64,000 nt of DNA from the NCBI GenBank assembly GCA_041659205.1, contig JBAZYS010000002.1:87806-151805 (forward strand). Direction: 5' to 3'. The notes below the pieces were generated by a model. That model did not search any database. It was not told where the DNA came from and saw only the letters and a list, made by a program, of their open reading frames with translations. A program made the position numbers and the translations under genes. Positions 36,093 through 45,811 of the stretch are shown piece by piece (position 1 is the first letter of the stretch; the number at the start of each line of letters is the position of its first letter). The stretch comes from Minisyncoccota bacterium (GTDB taxonomy: Bacteria > Patescibacteriota > Minisyncoccia > Phycocordibacterales > UBA9973).

Positions 36093-37301
36093 TTATTCGT
36101 ACCTTAAGGCATCGATCGGATTAAGCATTCCTGCTCGACGTGCGGGATAGTATCCAAAAATAATTCCAATACCCGCGGATACACCGAAAGCAAGTAAAAC
36201 AGAAGAGAGCGTCACTGAAGTAGCGAGTATTCCTGTCGAAGTCACGATAAAGGAGATGAGCCAGCCCAAAACAATTCCAAAAAACCCACCGATAAATGTT
36301 AGCATGATTGCTTCAGAAAGAAATTGAATATTTATATCCCCCCTCTTTGCACCGATTGCTTTTCGAAGTCCGATTTCTTTTGTGCGTTCTGTTACAGTAG
36401 TGAGCATCATATTCATAATGCCTATTCCTCCAACTAAGAGTGAGATGGAAGCAATAGCCGCGAGGAAAAGAGTGAAAGTGTCTATCACCGTAGTAAGTGT
36501 TCCTAAAATGTCTTCTTGGGAAATTATTGAAAAATCTGCTTCCGCAATGTGATGTTTATCTAGGAGGGTATTGGTAGCTAATTCTTTGACCAAGGTCATA
36601 TCGTTTTTATCAGCGACAGATACAGCCATCATTGAAAGATAATCCATTCCAGAGAGAATTTTTTGCATTGTAGAAAGGGGAACAAAAATCATATTATCAG
36701 GTCCAGAAAAACCAACTCCACCCTTCGAGACGAGTACCCCAACAACGTTAAAGTTAACCTTATTAATACGAATAGTTTTACCGACGGGGTCAGCATCTTG
36801 GAATAAGTCAGTAGCGACAGTTGCTCCGAGGACTGCTTGTCTACCTATACTTCTATCGTTCGCATCAGAAATAAAGCTTCCGTTTGCAAGGGAAAGGTTG
36901 TGCACATTTAAGTAATCAGAAACTACTCCCGTGATGGTGGTATTAGTATTGTTTCCAGTTGCGACAACTTGAAATCTACTTGAAACTTCTGGAGAAACAG
37001 CAGTGACACCATCAATAGCTTTTATAACAGCGATGTCCTCATTCTTTAATGTTTGAGCTGCTCCACGACCTGAGGAAACTATTCCTCGGCCTGGCTGAAC
37101 GATTCCTGGGATAATGGTCAGAAGATTTGAACCGAGACCTTCAATGCTGGATTGAATAGATTGTTTTGCTCCATTACCAATGGAAACCATTGCAATAACA
37201 GAAGCAATACCGATGACGATACCGAGCATCGTTAAAAGAGAGCGTGCTTTGTTTGCAGTGAGGGAACTATATGTTTCATTTAAGATATCTTTTATTTTCA
37301 T
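36093..37301 (-). CDS. ABC transporter permease, FtsX/MacB family (4 TM + large extracytoplasmic domain)
   Basis: N-terminal TM, ~220-aa periplasmic domain, C-terminal three TM helices with FtsX-like signature. Confidence 0.85.
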   Translation of the reverse strand: MKIKDILNETYSSLTANKARSLLTMLGIVIGIASVIAMVSIGNGAKQSIQSSIEGLGSNLLTIIPGIVQPGRGIVSSGRGAAQTLKNEDIAVIKAIDGVTAVSPEVSSRFQVVATGNNTNTTITGVVSDYLNVHNLSLANGSFISDANDRSIGRQAVLGATVATDLFQDADPVGKTIRINKVNFNVVGVLVSKGGVGFSGPDNMIFVPLSTMQKILSGMDYLSMMAVSVADKNDMTLVKELATNTLLDKHHIAEADFSIISQEDILGTLTTVIDTFTLFLAAIASISLLVGGIGIMNMMLTTVTERTKEIGLRKAIGAKRGDINIQFLSEAIMLTFIGGFFGIVLGWLISFIVTSTGILATSVTLSSVLLAFGVSAGIGIIFGYYPARRAGMLNPIDALRYE

Positions 37302-38002
37302 AGATTTATAATTCTTTTGGTGTGGGTGTTTTGGTCCAAGATCAGTTTTCCGTCTTTGATAAAAAGAATTCTATCTGCATGTTCTGCTATTTCTTGTTCA
37401 TGAGTAATGACGATTATTGTGCGCCCTAATTCTTTATTTAATTTTTGAAAAGTTCCCATCACGATTTCTCCAGTTTTTGAATCCAGGTTTCCCGTAGGTT
37501 CATCCGCTAAGATAAGAGATGGATTGTTCACGAGCGCGCGAGCAATTGCCACGCGCTGAATTTGACCACCAGAGATTTGATTGGAGCGGTGTAAGAAGTG
37601 ACCTTCATCTAGACCTGCAGAGAGCAGGGCTGCTTTTGCTCTTTCTTCTCTCTCAGCACCGTGTATACCTGCGTAAACTAAAGGTAACATTACATTACGC
37701 AAGACAGTAGTTCTTGGTAGGAGATTAAATGCTTGGAAAACGAAACCGATTTTATCTCTACGGATATCTGCCAACTGGTCATCAGATAAAGAAGAAACGT
37801 CTTTATCGTCGAGGAAATATGTTCCATTTGTTGGACTATCGAGAGCACCCAAGATATGCATTAAGGTAGATTTCCCACTTCCTGAAGGTCCCATGATAGC
37901 GACGAATTCTCCGTCAGTAATTGTAAAAGAAACATCATTTAATGCTTGAAATTCTACATCACCAGTCTTGTATGTTTTTGTAATATTTTTAATTTCAATC
38001 AT
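37298..38002 (-). CDS. ABC transporter ATP-binding protein (MacB/LolD-like)
   Basis: Walker A GPSGSGKST, signature ISGGQIQRVAIARAL, Walker B ILADEPTGNLD. Start set to the internal ATG (MIEIKNITKTYK), not the 38071 extension. Confidence 0.85.
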   Translation of the reverse strand: MIEIKNITKTYKTGDVEFQALNDVSFTITDGEFVAIMGPSGSGKSTLMHILGALDSPTNGTYFLDDKDVSSLSDDQLADIRRDKIGFVFQAFNLLPRTTVLRNVMLPLVYAGIHGAEREERAKAALLSAGLDEGHFLHRSNQISGGQIQRVAIARALVNNPSLILADEPTGNLDSKTGEIVMGTFQKLNKELGRTIIVITHEQEIAEHADRILFIKDGKLILDQNTHTKRIINL

Positions 38003-38015
38003 AAAATATGGAAAA

Positions 38016-39707
38016 CTATCTTCCCAACCCTCCTCCACCACCTCCTCTAGTTCCAGTTGAAGGAGAACCAAATAGGCTCGGTGCAGCAGCAGCGGTTTTG
38101 GTGGCTGATGGTAAGATTGTTCTCGTTACAATTTCATCACCTTCCTTAATACCAGAAATAATTTCAGTTTGCGAATCGTTCGAGAGACCAACTTCTATGG
38201 GGATTTTATTTGGAGGAATTTTGGAAATGGAGCCTAGCAGCCCATCAGTTGGTGCAATTGGTGGAGTAGTAAAAATTTCAACATAACTCGTTCCTGACTG
38301 TGATTTTATTGCGCCATTGGGAACTGTTAAAACATCTTGTTTGATGTCTGTAATGATTGCCGCACCAACGCTCATTCCTGGTTTTACTCTTTCATCTTGT
38401 GTATCGAAACTTATTTTTACAATATAGGTCACGACTCCTTGTGAAACCGCACCAATGGTATCGATGTCAGCTACGATTCCTGAAATACTTAAATTAGGAA
38501 TAGCGTCGAAAGTCAGAGTTGTTTTTTGGCCAAGTTTTATTTTTGCTACATCAACTTCGTTGAGAGAGATTTCAGCGAGCTGTTGTTTTGTGACAATAGA
38601 ACCGAGGGCGGCAGAAGATGTCTCTCCTAGTTTTGCATCGACAGTTGCGATGACGCCATCAAAAGGAGCAAAAATATAATAATCAGATAAATCAGATTGA
38701 GCATTTAGTAGATTATCCTGCGCTTGTTTTACGGCAAGTTGTTTTGCTCGTAAATCAAATTCGTCTGGTTGATATAAATCGCGAAGCTTTTTATTGTTTT
38801 GGGCAATCGTAAGGTTCGCAGTATCATTTATTTTTTTCTGATCATCAATTGAGTTTTGATAAGCAGTATTGTTTGCATTGTAAGTAGTAGCAGATTTATT
38901 AGGCAGGGTAATAGTCCAAGTAGGCTGGCTTGAAGAAGTAGTTGCAAATTTTATATATAGTCCAGAGTCACCGATAGGCTGAGGGAGAACAGTAGAAACA
39001 GTCCCAGCCCCATTTACTATTCCAGCCGGTACACTATCGGCACTAAAATATGATCCGCTTCCTGTTGCATATATTTTTATAGAAATAACAACTTCTTGGT
39101 CTTTTATATAGGTTCCAGTAATTGTAGGTGGAGTTTGGGCTTCGGATATATTAATAGATGATGCTGAAATAGAAGTATTTAATAAAACACGATAACTATC
39201 TTTAATTGCTTTTTCTGCGTCGAGTTTTGATGTTTCTGCATCGGCTATCGCTTTTTTTATTTCCAATACTGCCACATCGTCTGGCACACGCTGGAATTTT
39301 TCTAAAGCGAGTTTCACTGTTTCTAAATTTGTCTCGGCATCTCGGACAGCCTTCTTTGCATTTTTTGCATTTAAGCCAAAAAGTGTTTTACCTTTTTTTA
39401 CTATGTCTCCAGGCTTTACTCCAATATAAGTAACTTCTCCTGTGGCTCGAGCTTTTAAGTCGACTTGGTTTGAGGCTGACACTTGACCACTTCCAGAGAT
39501 AGAAGCCACGATTGTGCCTTTTCCTACCTTGGCTGTTAGGTAGCGAGTGTCACCAGCAGTACTGGTAATTTTTCCGTAAACAAAATTTCCAAGAAGTAGC
39601 ATTATTGCGAGTGTAATTATACTAATAATCTTGTGTGCGATGATGTAGGTTTTAATTTTTGTTAAATGTTCTTTCATTTTATTGTATTGGTGTTGGTGCT
39701 TGTTCAA
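38016..39707 (-). CDS. membrane-fusion / periplasmic adaptor protein (HlyD/MacA-like) with an inserted Thr/Ser-rich region and Gly-rich C-terminus
   Basis: N-terminal TM, biotinyl-lipoyl-like segments, long coiled coil (KAVRDAETNLETVKLALEKFQ...), C-terminal GTRGGGGGGLGR. Confidence 0.7.
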   Translation of the reverse strand: MNKHQHQYNKMKEHLTKIKTYIIAHKIISIITLAIMLLLGNFVYGKITSTAGDTRYLTAKVGKGTIVASISGSGQVSASNQVDLKARATGEVTYIGVKPGDIVKKGKTLFGLNAKNAKKAVRDAETNLETVKLALEKFQRVPDDVAVLEIKKAIADAETSKLDAEKAIKDSYRVLLNTSISASSINISEAQTPPTITGTYIKDQEVVISIKIYATGSGSYFSADSVPAGIVNGAGTVSTVLPQPIGDSGLYIKFATTSSSQPTWTITLPNKSATTYNANNTAYQNSIDDQKKINDTANLTIAQNNKKLRDLYQPDEFDLRAKQLAVKQAQDNLLNAQSDLSDYYIFAPFDGVIATVDAKLGETSSAALGSIVTKQQLAEISLNEVDVAKIKLGQKTTLTFDAIPNLSISGIVADIDTIGAVSQGVVTYIVKISFDTQDERVKPGMSVGAAIITDIKQDVLTVPNGAIKSQSGTSYVEIFTTPPIAPTDGLLGSISKIPPNKIPIEVGLSNDSQTEIISGIKEGDEIVTRTILPSATKTAAAAPSLFGSPSTGTRGGGGGGLGR

Positions 39708-40182
39708 AAGGAGGAGGAACAGGCATGCCGAGTGGCATTATTCTGATAAATTTTGCTTCTATCTGTCCTTGTGCGTTGGGGGATCCAATTATTACAACAA
39801 AATCATTGACTGAAAGGTCGCTAGTTTTAACAAGAGACATCATTTCTTGTATTCTTGTGTCATCTTTTATTAAAATTACTTTTTCAGTATTGTCTTTATC
39901 TTGAACGATTATTGTCGGTAATTCTATTTTTATTATTTTACCTATTGCACCACCTGCATTTGGGAAATTATCATTACCAAACATCATTCGATTTGGTTTC
40001 ATTCCAAAATTGCGCTCATAATTGTCACCCCAAGCTCGTCCAAAAGAGGCTTTATGAAAACCTACTTTTACTCCTGCAGAAAATATTAATAATGCGATTA
40101 TTGCTATCCCAATTGTGTACAAAACTCTTGAGGCAGTTTTTGACTCAAAAACCTTTTTTACGTCCTCATATATTTTTTTCAT
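39679..40182 (-). CDS. membrane-anchored hypothetical protein
   Basis: Single N-terminal TM helix. Located between the putative anti-sigma gene and the efflux adaptor. Confidence 0.4.
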   Translation of the reverse strand: MKKIYEDVKKVFESKTASRVLYTIGIAIIALLIFSAGVKVGFHKASFGRAWGDNYERNFGMKPNRMMFGNDNFPNAGGAIGKIIKIELPTIIVQDKDNTEKVILIKDDTRIQEMMSLVKTSDLSVNDFVVIIGSPNAQGQIEAKFIRIMPLGMPVPPPFEQAPTPIQ

Positions 40183-40197
40183 TGATTTTTTAATTAT

Positions 40198-40614
40198 TTA
40201 AAATGATAAGGTTCTTAAACTTACTAATTGACCTTTAGTAAGCTGTCTAGCTACATATTTAATTGATAAAAATAAAGTAAAAATAAGAGAAAGAGATAAA
40301 ATTATGCTCATTGTGGGCAGTGATTCAGTAATAGAAAAAATGAATTCTTTCCAGTAAGACAGGACTGTTGTGCCATCAGAAAATACTAAAGAAAAATATT
40401 CATAAAAACCTGATTGTGCTAAGTCTCCCAATAATATTTTAAAAGCAGGTATTAACCCTGCGATAGAAATTATTCCCAAAAAAGCAGAAGACCATAATTT
40501 AATGTTATTTTTATGATTTTCGCGGATAGTAATTGTTTGCCAAATATTTTCAGCCAAAATGGAGCTACCATCGTACTTAGCTTTTTTAAATACATTTGCT
40601 AATTTATTTTGCAT
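40198..40614 (-). CDS. putative membrane anti-sigma factor (by position)
   Basis: Small protein with C-terminal TM helices immediately downstream of an ECF sigma gene. No sequence motif verified. Confidence 0.35.
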   Translation of the reverse strand: MQNKLANVFKKAKYDGSSILAENIWQTITIRENHKNNIKLWSSAFLGIISIAGLIPAFKILLGDLAQSGFYEYFSLVFSDGTTVLSYWKEFIFSITESLPTMSIILSLSLIFTLFLSIKYVARQLTKGQLVSLRTLSF

Positions 40615-40655
40615 ATAAAGTGTATACGTAACAGAAAGTCATTTGGGTGCAAAAA

Positions 40656-41249
40656 TTAGCTAAGTATTTTTCGTAGTTCGAGGATAGCTCTCCGATGATT
40701 ACTTTTTATTGTGTTTAGTGGTTTATCTAAAATTTTCCCTATTTCTTCAAAAGTCATTTCTTCTTGATAATGAAGAATTAAAACTTCTGCATAGCCCGAC
40801 CTAAGTTCCTTTAATTTCTTATTTAATAGTTCACTGTCTTCTAATTTTTGCACGATTTCTTCAGGTAACAAATTTTCATCTGGGATATTTTCCGCAAAAG
40901 AATCTACATCTTCATCATTTTCTTTCTGAATATCAGAAAACAAAATACTTTTCTTTTTTCTCAAAAAGTCTGTTATTGTATTTTTTGCAATAATAAAAAT
41001 CCAAGTTTTAAAACTTGCCTTACTGGGGTCATATTTTTTTATATTTTTCCAGGCTTTTATAAAAATCTCTTGAACGATATCCGGGGCACTGTTTTTACTA
41101 GCTAGGCGTGCAGAAAAATTATAAAGTGGCGTTATGTAACGATTTATTAGAGTTTTAAACGCTTCTTCATTATCATTTTTGTATAAAACAATGAGTTCTT
41201 CGTCAGTTTCATCAGATAACATATTGTAAATATAACACAAAAACAGCAC
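40656..41249 (-). CDS. RNA polymerase ECF-type sigma-70 factor
   Basis: Sigma-70 region 2 (LINRYITPLYNFSARL...DIVQEIFIKAWK) and region 4 HTH (MTFEEIGKILDKPLNTIKSNHRRAILELRK). Confidence 0.85.
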   Translation of the reverse strand: MLFLCYIYNMLSDETDEELIVLYKNDNEEAFKTLINRYITPLYNFSARLASKNSAPDIVQEIFIKAWKNIKKYDPSKASFKTWIFIIAKNTITDFLRKKKSILFSDIQKENDEDVDSFAENIPDENLLPEEIVQKLEDSELLNKKLKELRSGYAEVLILHYQEEMTFEEIGKILDKPLNTIKSNHRRAILELRKILS

Positions 41250-41294
41250 ATTTTTGTGTGCTGTTTTTGTAATGTTCTTATTTTTTATTACTTT

Positions 41295-44200
41295 TTATTG
41301 TAATGTAGTAGTCGTAGTTTTTTTGCCAGATGGTTGATCAATGACAGTCGTAGTTTTTTTACGGAAAGATTGATCATAGGTGTACTTAGTTAAATATACA
41401 AGTATAAGTACAAGAAGGAGAAGAAGGAGCCATCCGAATAAGTTTGTAGGGAAGAAACCAGCTCCGAAGACATTTGCGCCAAGGAAGTTAAGATTTGTTC
41501 CATCATTCCAAACTTGGGCTGAGACATTTGCACTTACTGATTGAGGCTGACCAGAAGGATCAATATAACTCAAAGTTGCAGGGAAGTTCAAATTTGTTCC
41601 AGCTTTTATGTTATCACGTACTCGTACTCTTACAGTGACTACTCCTTTACCATTTGCTCGAAGAGTTCCGAGGTTGAAGTATAGGGTATTACCAGAGATT
41701 GAGGGATTGCTTGGGTTTGAGAATAGATAATCTACTTCAAGAGGAAGATTCATTTGAAGAGTAAGGTTCGTGATTGAAGCATTCCCGATGTTTTGATAAC
41801 TCACTGTGTAATTTATTTCATCACCCGGTTTTGGCATGGTGTTATCAATCGTAGGAACGATTGGTTGGTTGCGGTCAACAGAAGAGGTGATTAAGACGAG
41901 GGAAGATGGGATAATAGGAGTTCTATTTGTTTGACCACCGACAGTTATTGTCTCAGTATCACTTGCAGAACCGAAAGCATTACTACAAGTTATTTCGTAA
42001 GTCTTACTTGAAGTTAAACTTCCAGTATAGAAGGAGCCTGGACCAATACTTTTTACTCCGGCCCAGCCGACAGATCCGCCTGACGCATTACATGAGGTTG
42101 CATTTGTGGTAATCCAGCGAACAGTTGCAGAACCATTGTAAGCTAGATTTGTTTGATCTGAATAAACTACTACAGTTGGCTGATTACTTATGATTTGTTG
42201 ATTATCTACATTAACAGTTGTAGTAGCATTTGCTTGCTGGCCACTACTGTTTGTACAAGTAATACCGAAGTTTGTTGCATTGGTTAAGTTACCTGTGTAG
42301 AAACTTCCAGAAGTACTTCTGTTTCCAGACCATCCGTTAGTACCATTATTGGCGGAACATGATGTCGCATTTGTAGAATTCCAAATTATTAATGAAGTTC
42401 CATTGTAAGGGACAGAAACTGGATTTGCATACATGGTAACAGTTGGGTATTGAGTTTGGTTGTTTACATATACTGAAGTAGAAGCATTTGCTTGCTGACC
42501 ACTACTATTTGTACAAACGATATCAAAGTTTGTTGTATAGGTTAAGTTTCCAGTATAGAAACTACCGGAAGTACTTTTACTTCCTGCCCATCCGTTTAAT
42601 CCATTTGTACCAGTACAGTAACTTGCGTTTGTAGAATTCCAAGTAACTAAAGAAGTTCCATTATAAGAAATAGAAGCTGGACTTGCGTACATGGTAACAG
42701 TTGGGTTTTGATTTTGATTATTTACATAAACAGTGGCATTGGCACTTGCTGATTGACCAGTGTTGTTTACGCAATTAATAACATATGTAGTTGTACCTTG
42801 TGGTACTACCACTCCTGATCCACTAATTGAGTTACTTCCTGTCCAATAAGCATTACATGAGGTTGCATTTTGGGAAGTCCAAGTAAGAGTAGAGTTACTA
42901 CCTTGCTGAATGCTTGCTGGGTTGGCAGTTAGTTGTACTGTTGGAGCTTGAGTTTGGTTTACGTAAACAGTTGCATTAGCACTTCCTTGCTGGCCAGCAC
43001 TGTTTACACAGTTAATAACATAAGTAGTTGTACCTTGTGGTACTACCACTCCTGATCCAGTAGTGTTTGTATTTGTAGTCCAGTAAGCATTACATGAGGT
43101 TGCATTTTGGGAAGTCCAAGTAAGAGTAGAGTTACTACCTTGCTGAATATTTGTTGGATTAGCAGTTAGTTGAACTGTTGGAGCTTGAGGATTGTAATTG
43201 AAACTAGCATTAACCGTACAATTTGAAGTAATTGCACCTGTGGTAAATGTGTTTCCATTTAAATATCCATTACAACCAGAAACATTATTTATTGAGTATC
43301 CTTGATTTGCAGTTATGTAAAAGGTTGCAGTATTTCCAGAATTAATTTGCTGAGAAGTAGGAGCGATTGATCCACCTGTTCCAGCATTTGTGGAGACGGT
43401 GAAAGTAGTAGGGGCGTTTGGCGCACAGATTGAACCGTTCCAAGAAGAACCATTTGCACATGACGAAGTAGCTGATTTTGTATCTAGAACCGTAGATCCA
43501 TTTCTAAGATTATATATTGTATATGGGTATCCAACATATACTAAAAGAGGGTATGTGTTATTTGCAGCAGTAGAAAGAGTCGCACCTGTGTTTCCATCTA
43601 TCAACATTGGATTTGTAGTATTTGCTGTCGTCCAAGTAGCGCCGGTAACAGTACAAGTGCTTGCACCGGAAGCGATGATACAGCTTGAAGGGGAAATAGT
43701 TAAATTTCCAGTTGCTGGGTTAGGAGGATTTTGTACAAAACTAGCATATACAGTACAAGCAGAATATATCGCGCCAGTATTGTATGTAGTAGCAGTAGTA
43801 ATGTTGTTCAACTGACTACCATTACAACCATAAACTGACCCAGTGTATCCAGAATTTGGAGTTACTGTGAAGTTTGTGGTGTTTCCTGAAACGACTTGCT
43901 GATTTGGGGGAGTAATGTTTCCACCTACGCCTGATCCTGTGGAGGTAACGGTGTAGGTAGAAGGGGCGTTAGGTGTAAAACTAGCATTTACAGTACAGAC
44001 AGCATTTATTGCACCAGTAGTGTATGTCGTAGGAGCTGTAATATTATTTAATGCAATACCATTACATCCAGAAACTGAACCAGTGTATCCGTAGTTTGGA
44101 GTTACTGTGAAGCTTGTAGTACTTCCTGCATTAACGTTCTGAGTTCCTAGGGGAGAGATAGTTCCGTTGTTGCCTGCGTTTGAAGTGACTGCGTAGGTAG

Positions 44201-44567
44201 TAGCCTGACACGTAGGAGTCATAATGCTTCTGATATTTAATGGATTGGTTCCGTAAGCATTTACAATTACCATTCTGAAATAGTAAACAGTGTTTTCGGA
44301 TAGTCCAGTAACAAGCTGTTCAACATGAGATAGAGAATTAAAATGTTGTACGGCTGTATGTATTCCTAATCCTTGTTCGACATTATTATAAGTAGTGTCG
44401 TATTCGAAATGGACATCGAATGGCGGAGTGCCGCTTGTGATGTCACCAGTGAAATAAGCACTATTACAAGTGAGTGCAGATGCGGGAGTCGCAAATGCAA
44501 AAGACCCGAAGAGTGTTACCACACTCAACATTAATCCGACCGACAATAATTTTATTTTGTTATTCAT
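41295..44567 (-). CDS. giant cell-surface protein (1090 aa): signal peptide, tandem Ig/PKD-like Thr/Ser/Asn-rich domains, C-terminal TM anchor
   Basis: Signal peptide. At least two ~95-aa near-identical repeats (APTVQLTANP..IQQGSNSTLTWTSQNATSCNAYWT...TTYVINCVN) and 2-3 repeats of PTVTMYA.P.S..YNGTSL..WNSTNA. C-terminal LLLLLLVLILVYL. Near-identical DNA repeats are present. Confidence 0.7.
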   Translation of the reverse strand: MNNKIKLLSVGLMLSVVTLFGSFAFATPASALTCNSAYFTGDITSGTPPFDVHFEYDTTYNNVEQGLGIHTAVQHFNSLSHVEQLVTGLSENTVYYFRMVIVNAYGTNPLNIRSIMTPTCQATTYAVTSNAGNNGTISPLGTQNVNAGSTTSFTVTPNYGYTGSVSGCNGIALNNITAPTTYTTGAINAVCTVNASFTPNAPSTYTVTSTGSGVGGNITPPNQQVVSGNTTNFTVTPNSGYTGSVYGCNGSQLNNITTATTYNTGAIYSACTVYASFVQNPPNPATGNLTISPSSCIIASGASTCTVTGATWTTANTTNPMLIDGNTGATLSTAANNTYPLLVYVGYPYTIYNLRNGSTVLDTKSATSSCANGSSWNGSICAPNAPTTFTVSTNAGTGGSIAPTSQQINSGNTATFYITANQGYSINNVSGCNGYLNGNTFTTGAITSNCTVNASFNYNPQAPTVQLTANPTNIQQGSNSTLTWTSQNATSCNAYWTTNTNTTGSGVVVPQGTTTYVINCVNSAGQQGSANATVYVNQTQAPTVQLTANPASIQQGSNSTLTWTSQNATSCNAYWTGSNSISGSGVVVPQGTTTYVINCVNNTGQSASANATVYVNNQNQNPTVTMYASPASISYNGTSLVTWNSTNASYCTGTNGLNGWAGSKSTSGSFYTGNLTYTTNFDIVCTNSSGQQANASTSVYVNNQTQYPTVTMYANPVSVPYNGTSLIIWNSTNATSCSANNGTNGWSGNRSTSGSFYTGNLTNATNFGITCTNSSGQQANATTTVNVDNQQIISNQPTVVVYSDQTNLAYNGSATVRWITTNATSCNASGGSVGWAGVKSIGPGSFYTGSLTSSKTYEITCSNAFGSASDTETITVGGQTNRTPIIPSSLVLITSSVDRNQPIVPTIDNTMPKPGDEINYTVSYQNIGNASITNLTLQMNLPLEVDYLFSNPSNPSISGNTLYFNLGTLRANGKGVVTVRVRVRDNIKAGTNLNFPATLSYIDPSGQPQSVSANVSAQVWNDGTNLNFLGANVFGAGFFPTNLFGWLLLLLLVLILVYLTKYTYDQSFRKKTTTVIDQPSGKKTTTTTLQ

Positions 44568-44736
44568 AATTTTTTATACCTCTCTCGAGGTTTATTAATA
44601 ATTAAAAGTAAAAACGACTTCTTACTTTCCGGAATCATGAATCTAAGATATTAATCTATATTCATAACTTTGGAAAGTAGAGGAGGTAAGCGTAAAAAAA
44701 ATACGCGAACCTCCTCCGATTGTGTGGACACGATGT

Positions 44737-45471
44737 TCAGTGCCCGTTGCCGGTGGTTCCTCCACCGATTTGGCCGGAAGGAGCACTGTCTCCTCCACCG
44801 AATGCACGTCCCCCGATGTACGCTGCCGCGAGATGCACGAAGAACGTCTTCCAGGGATGATCCCTCCAGCAGTGGGTGTACCAGTTGCCCTTCGGGGGGA
44901 CAACGGTATTTTCCTTCGGCGGGGGGTTCTTCTTGACGTAAGCCGCGAACGCGGCGTCTAGATCTTCTTTGGTCAGCTGTTGTCTCCCAACGAGGACGTC
45001 CAACTTGCTGTCCATGGAGTCTAGCTTGGCTAATACCAGCTGCATTTCGTTGCAGCTCTTTTCGTACGCCTCCGGGTAGGAGACGATTTTTCCCTTCGGT
45101 TGCCACCCGGTGGTGACAACTTCGTTGCCGCAGACGGCAATCCAGAGGGCGACTTTGGTTTCCTCGTCCACCATGACGAGAACACCAGCGGGAAGAATGC
45201 CCGACGATTCAGTGTTGTTTTCACCCCTGAGGGTGATGATCGGGGAGTCGTGTTCCAAGACGATCCCGATTTCTCTCCGCCAGTTGGGCTTGCGGGGAGA
45301 CAGGTCAATCGGCTTGCCCGCATTTTGCGGGTGCGTATTGAGCCTGAAGTACCTCGCCCCTGACTGTACCTGCGTCGCATGCGTCGGTGTCTGCGCGTTG
45401 GCGATTGAGGCACCAGCGACGAGAAACATTGCCACGGTAATCGTGGCCACTCCTGACAGAATACTTTTCAT
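44737..45471 (-). CDS. GC-rich (~58% GC) putative horizontally acquired secreted protein (244 aa) of unknown function
   Basis: ATG start. Signal peptide MKSILSGVATITVAMFLVAGASIANA. Gly-rich C-terminus. Codon usage (GGC, CCG, AAG) is foreign to the surrounding ~33% GC DNA. A hairpin terminator follows at about 44688..44716. Confidence 0.6.
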   Translation of the reverse strand: MKSILSGVATITVAMFLVAGASIANAQTPTHATQVQSGARYFRLNTHPQNAGKPIDLSPRKPNWRREIGIVLEHDSPIITLRGENNTESSGILPAGVLVMVDEETKVALWIAVCGNEVVTTGWQPKGKIVSYPEAYEKSCNEMQLVLAKLDSMDSKLDVLVGRQQLTKEDLDAAFAAYVKKNPPPKENTVVPPKGNWYTHCWRDHPWKTFFVHLAAAYIGGRAFGGGDSAPSGQIGGGTTGNGH

Positions 45472-45703
45472 GACTGCTCCTATGTGTGATAAAATGAACG
45501 GATTTTTTGGGGAAACCCCCGTTTATGGGGAGCGTCCTCATAAACTTATTTCACCTAGCATTGTATCATACCGGTGTGAAAATGTCAAATACATTATAAA
45601 GGGAGTGAGGTGCTAACTTTTTGAAGTTATTTTTATATTTTTTATTTAATTTGAATTTTCAGAGAAAAACTGTTACTCTAAAATAGTAAAAGAAACATAT
45701 GAG

Positions 45704-45775
45704 GCCCTCATAGTTTAATGGATAGAATGCGAGCTTGCGGAGTTTGCGATGTAGGTTCGATTCCTACTGAGGGCA
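45704..45775 (+). tRNA. tRNA-Arg-like (anticodon loop TTGCGGA, anticodon GCG), close paralogue of tRNA-Arg(TCT) at 52505
   Basis: 72-nt cloverleaf. Acceptor GCCCTCA/TGAGGGC. T-arm GTAGGTTCGATTCCTAC. Anticodon stem has 3 Watson-Crick + 2 G-U pairs, so it may be divergent or a pseudogene. Confidence 0.55.
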
Positions 45776-45811
45776 CTAGCACGAAAGAAGCCAACTGCTT
45801 GGCTTTACGTA

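Noticed and set aside
36009-36093. Possible additional family-2 copy (GCTACCAGCTACG…)
   Set aside because: Only a 13-nt resemblance to copy 1. It lacks the AATTTTTCAGCAGAAAAATAT hallmark. It is probably a simple convergent terminator hairpin (AGCTA-CGTT-TAGCT).
41295-44567. Tandem near-identical DNA repeats that could be mistaken for a CRISPR array or satellite
   Set aside because: The repeats are ~290-nt in-frame units encoding Ig/PKD-like protein domains inside one long ORF with a signal peptide and C-terminal anchor. There are no short direct repeats with unique spacers.
44643-45616. Multiple overlapping ORFs on both strands (44643..44903, 44651..45106, 44670..44936, 44722..44961, 45030..45413, 45100..45363, 45110..45616, 45305..45541)
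   Set aside because: These are open frames expected by chance in ~58% GC DNA (few AT-rich stop codons) and are Arg/Pro-rich low-complexity translations. Only 44737..45471 has an ATG start, a signal peptide and a downstream terminator.
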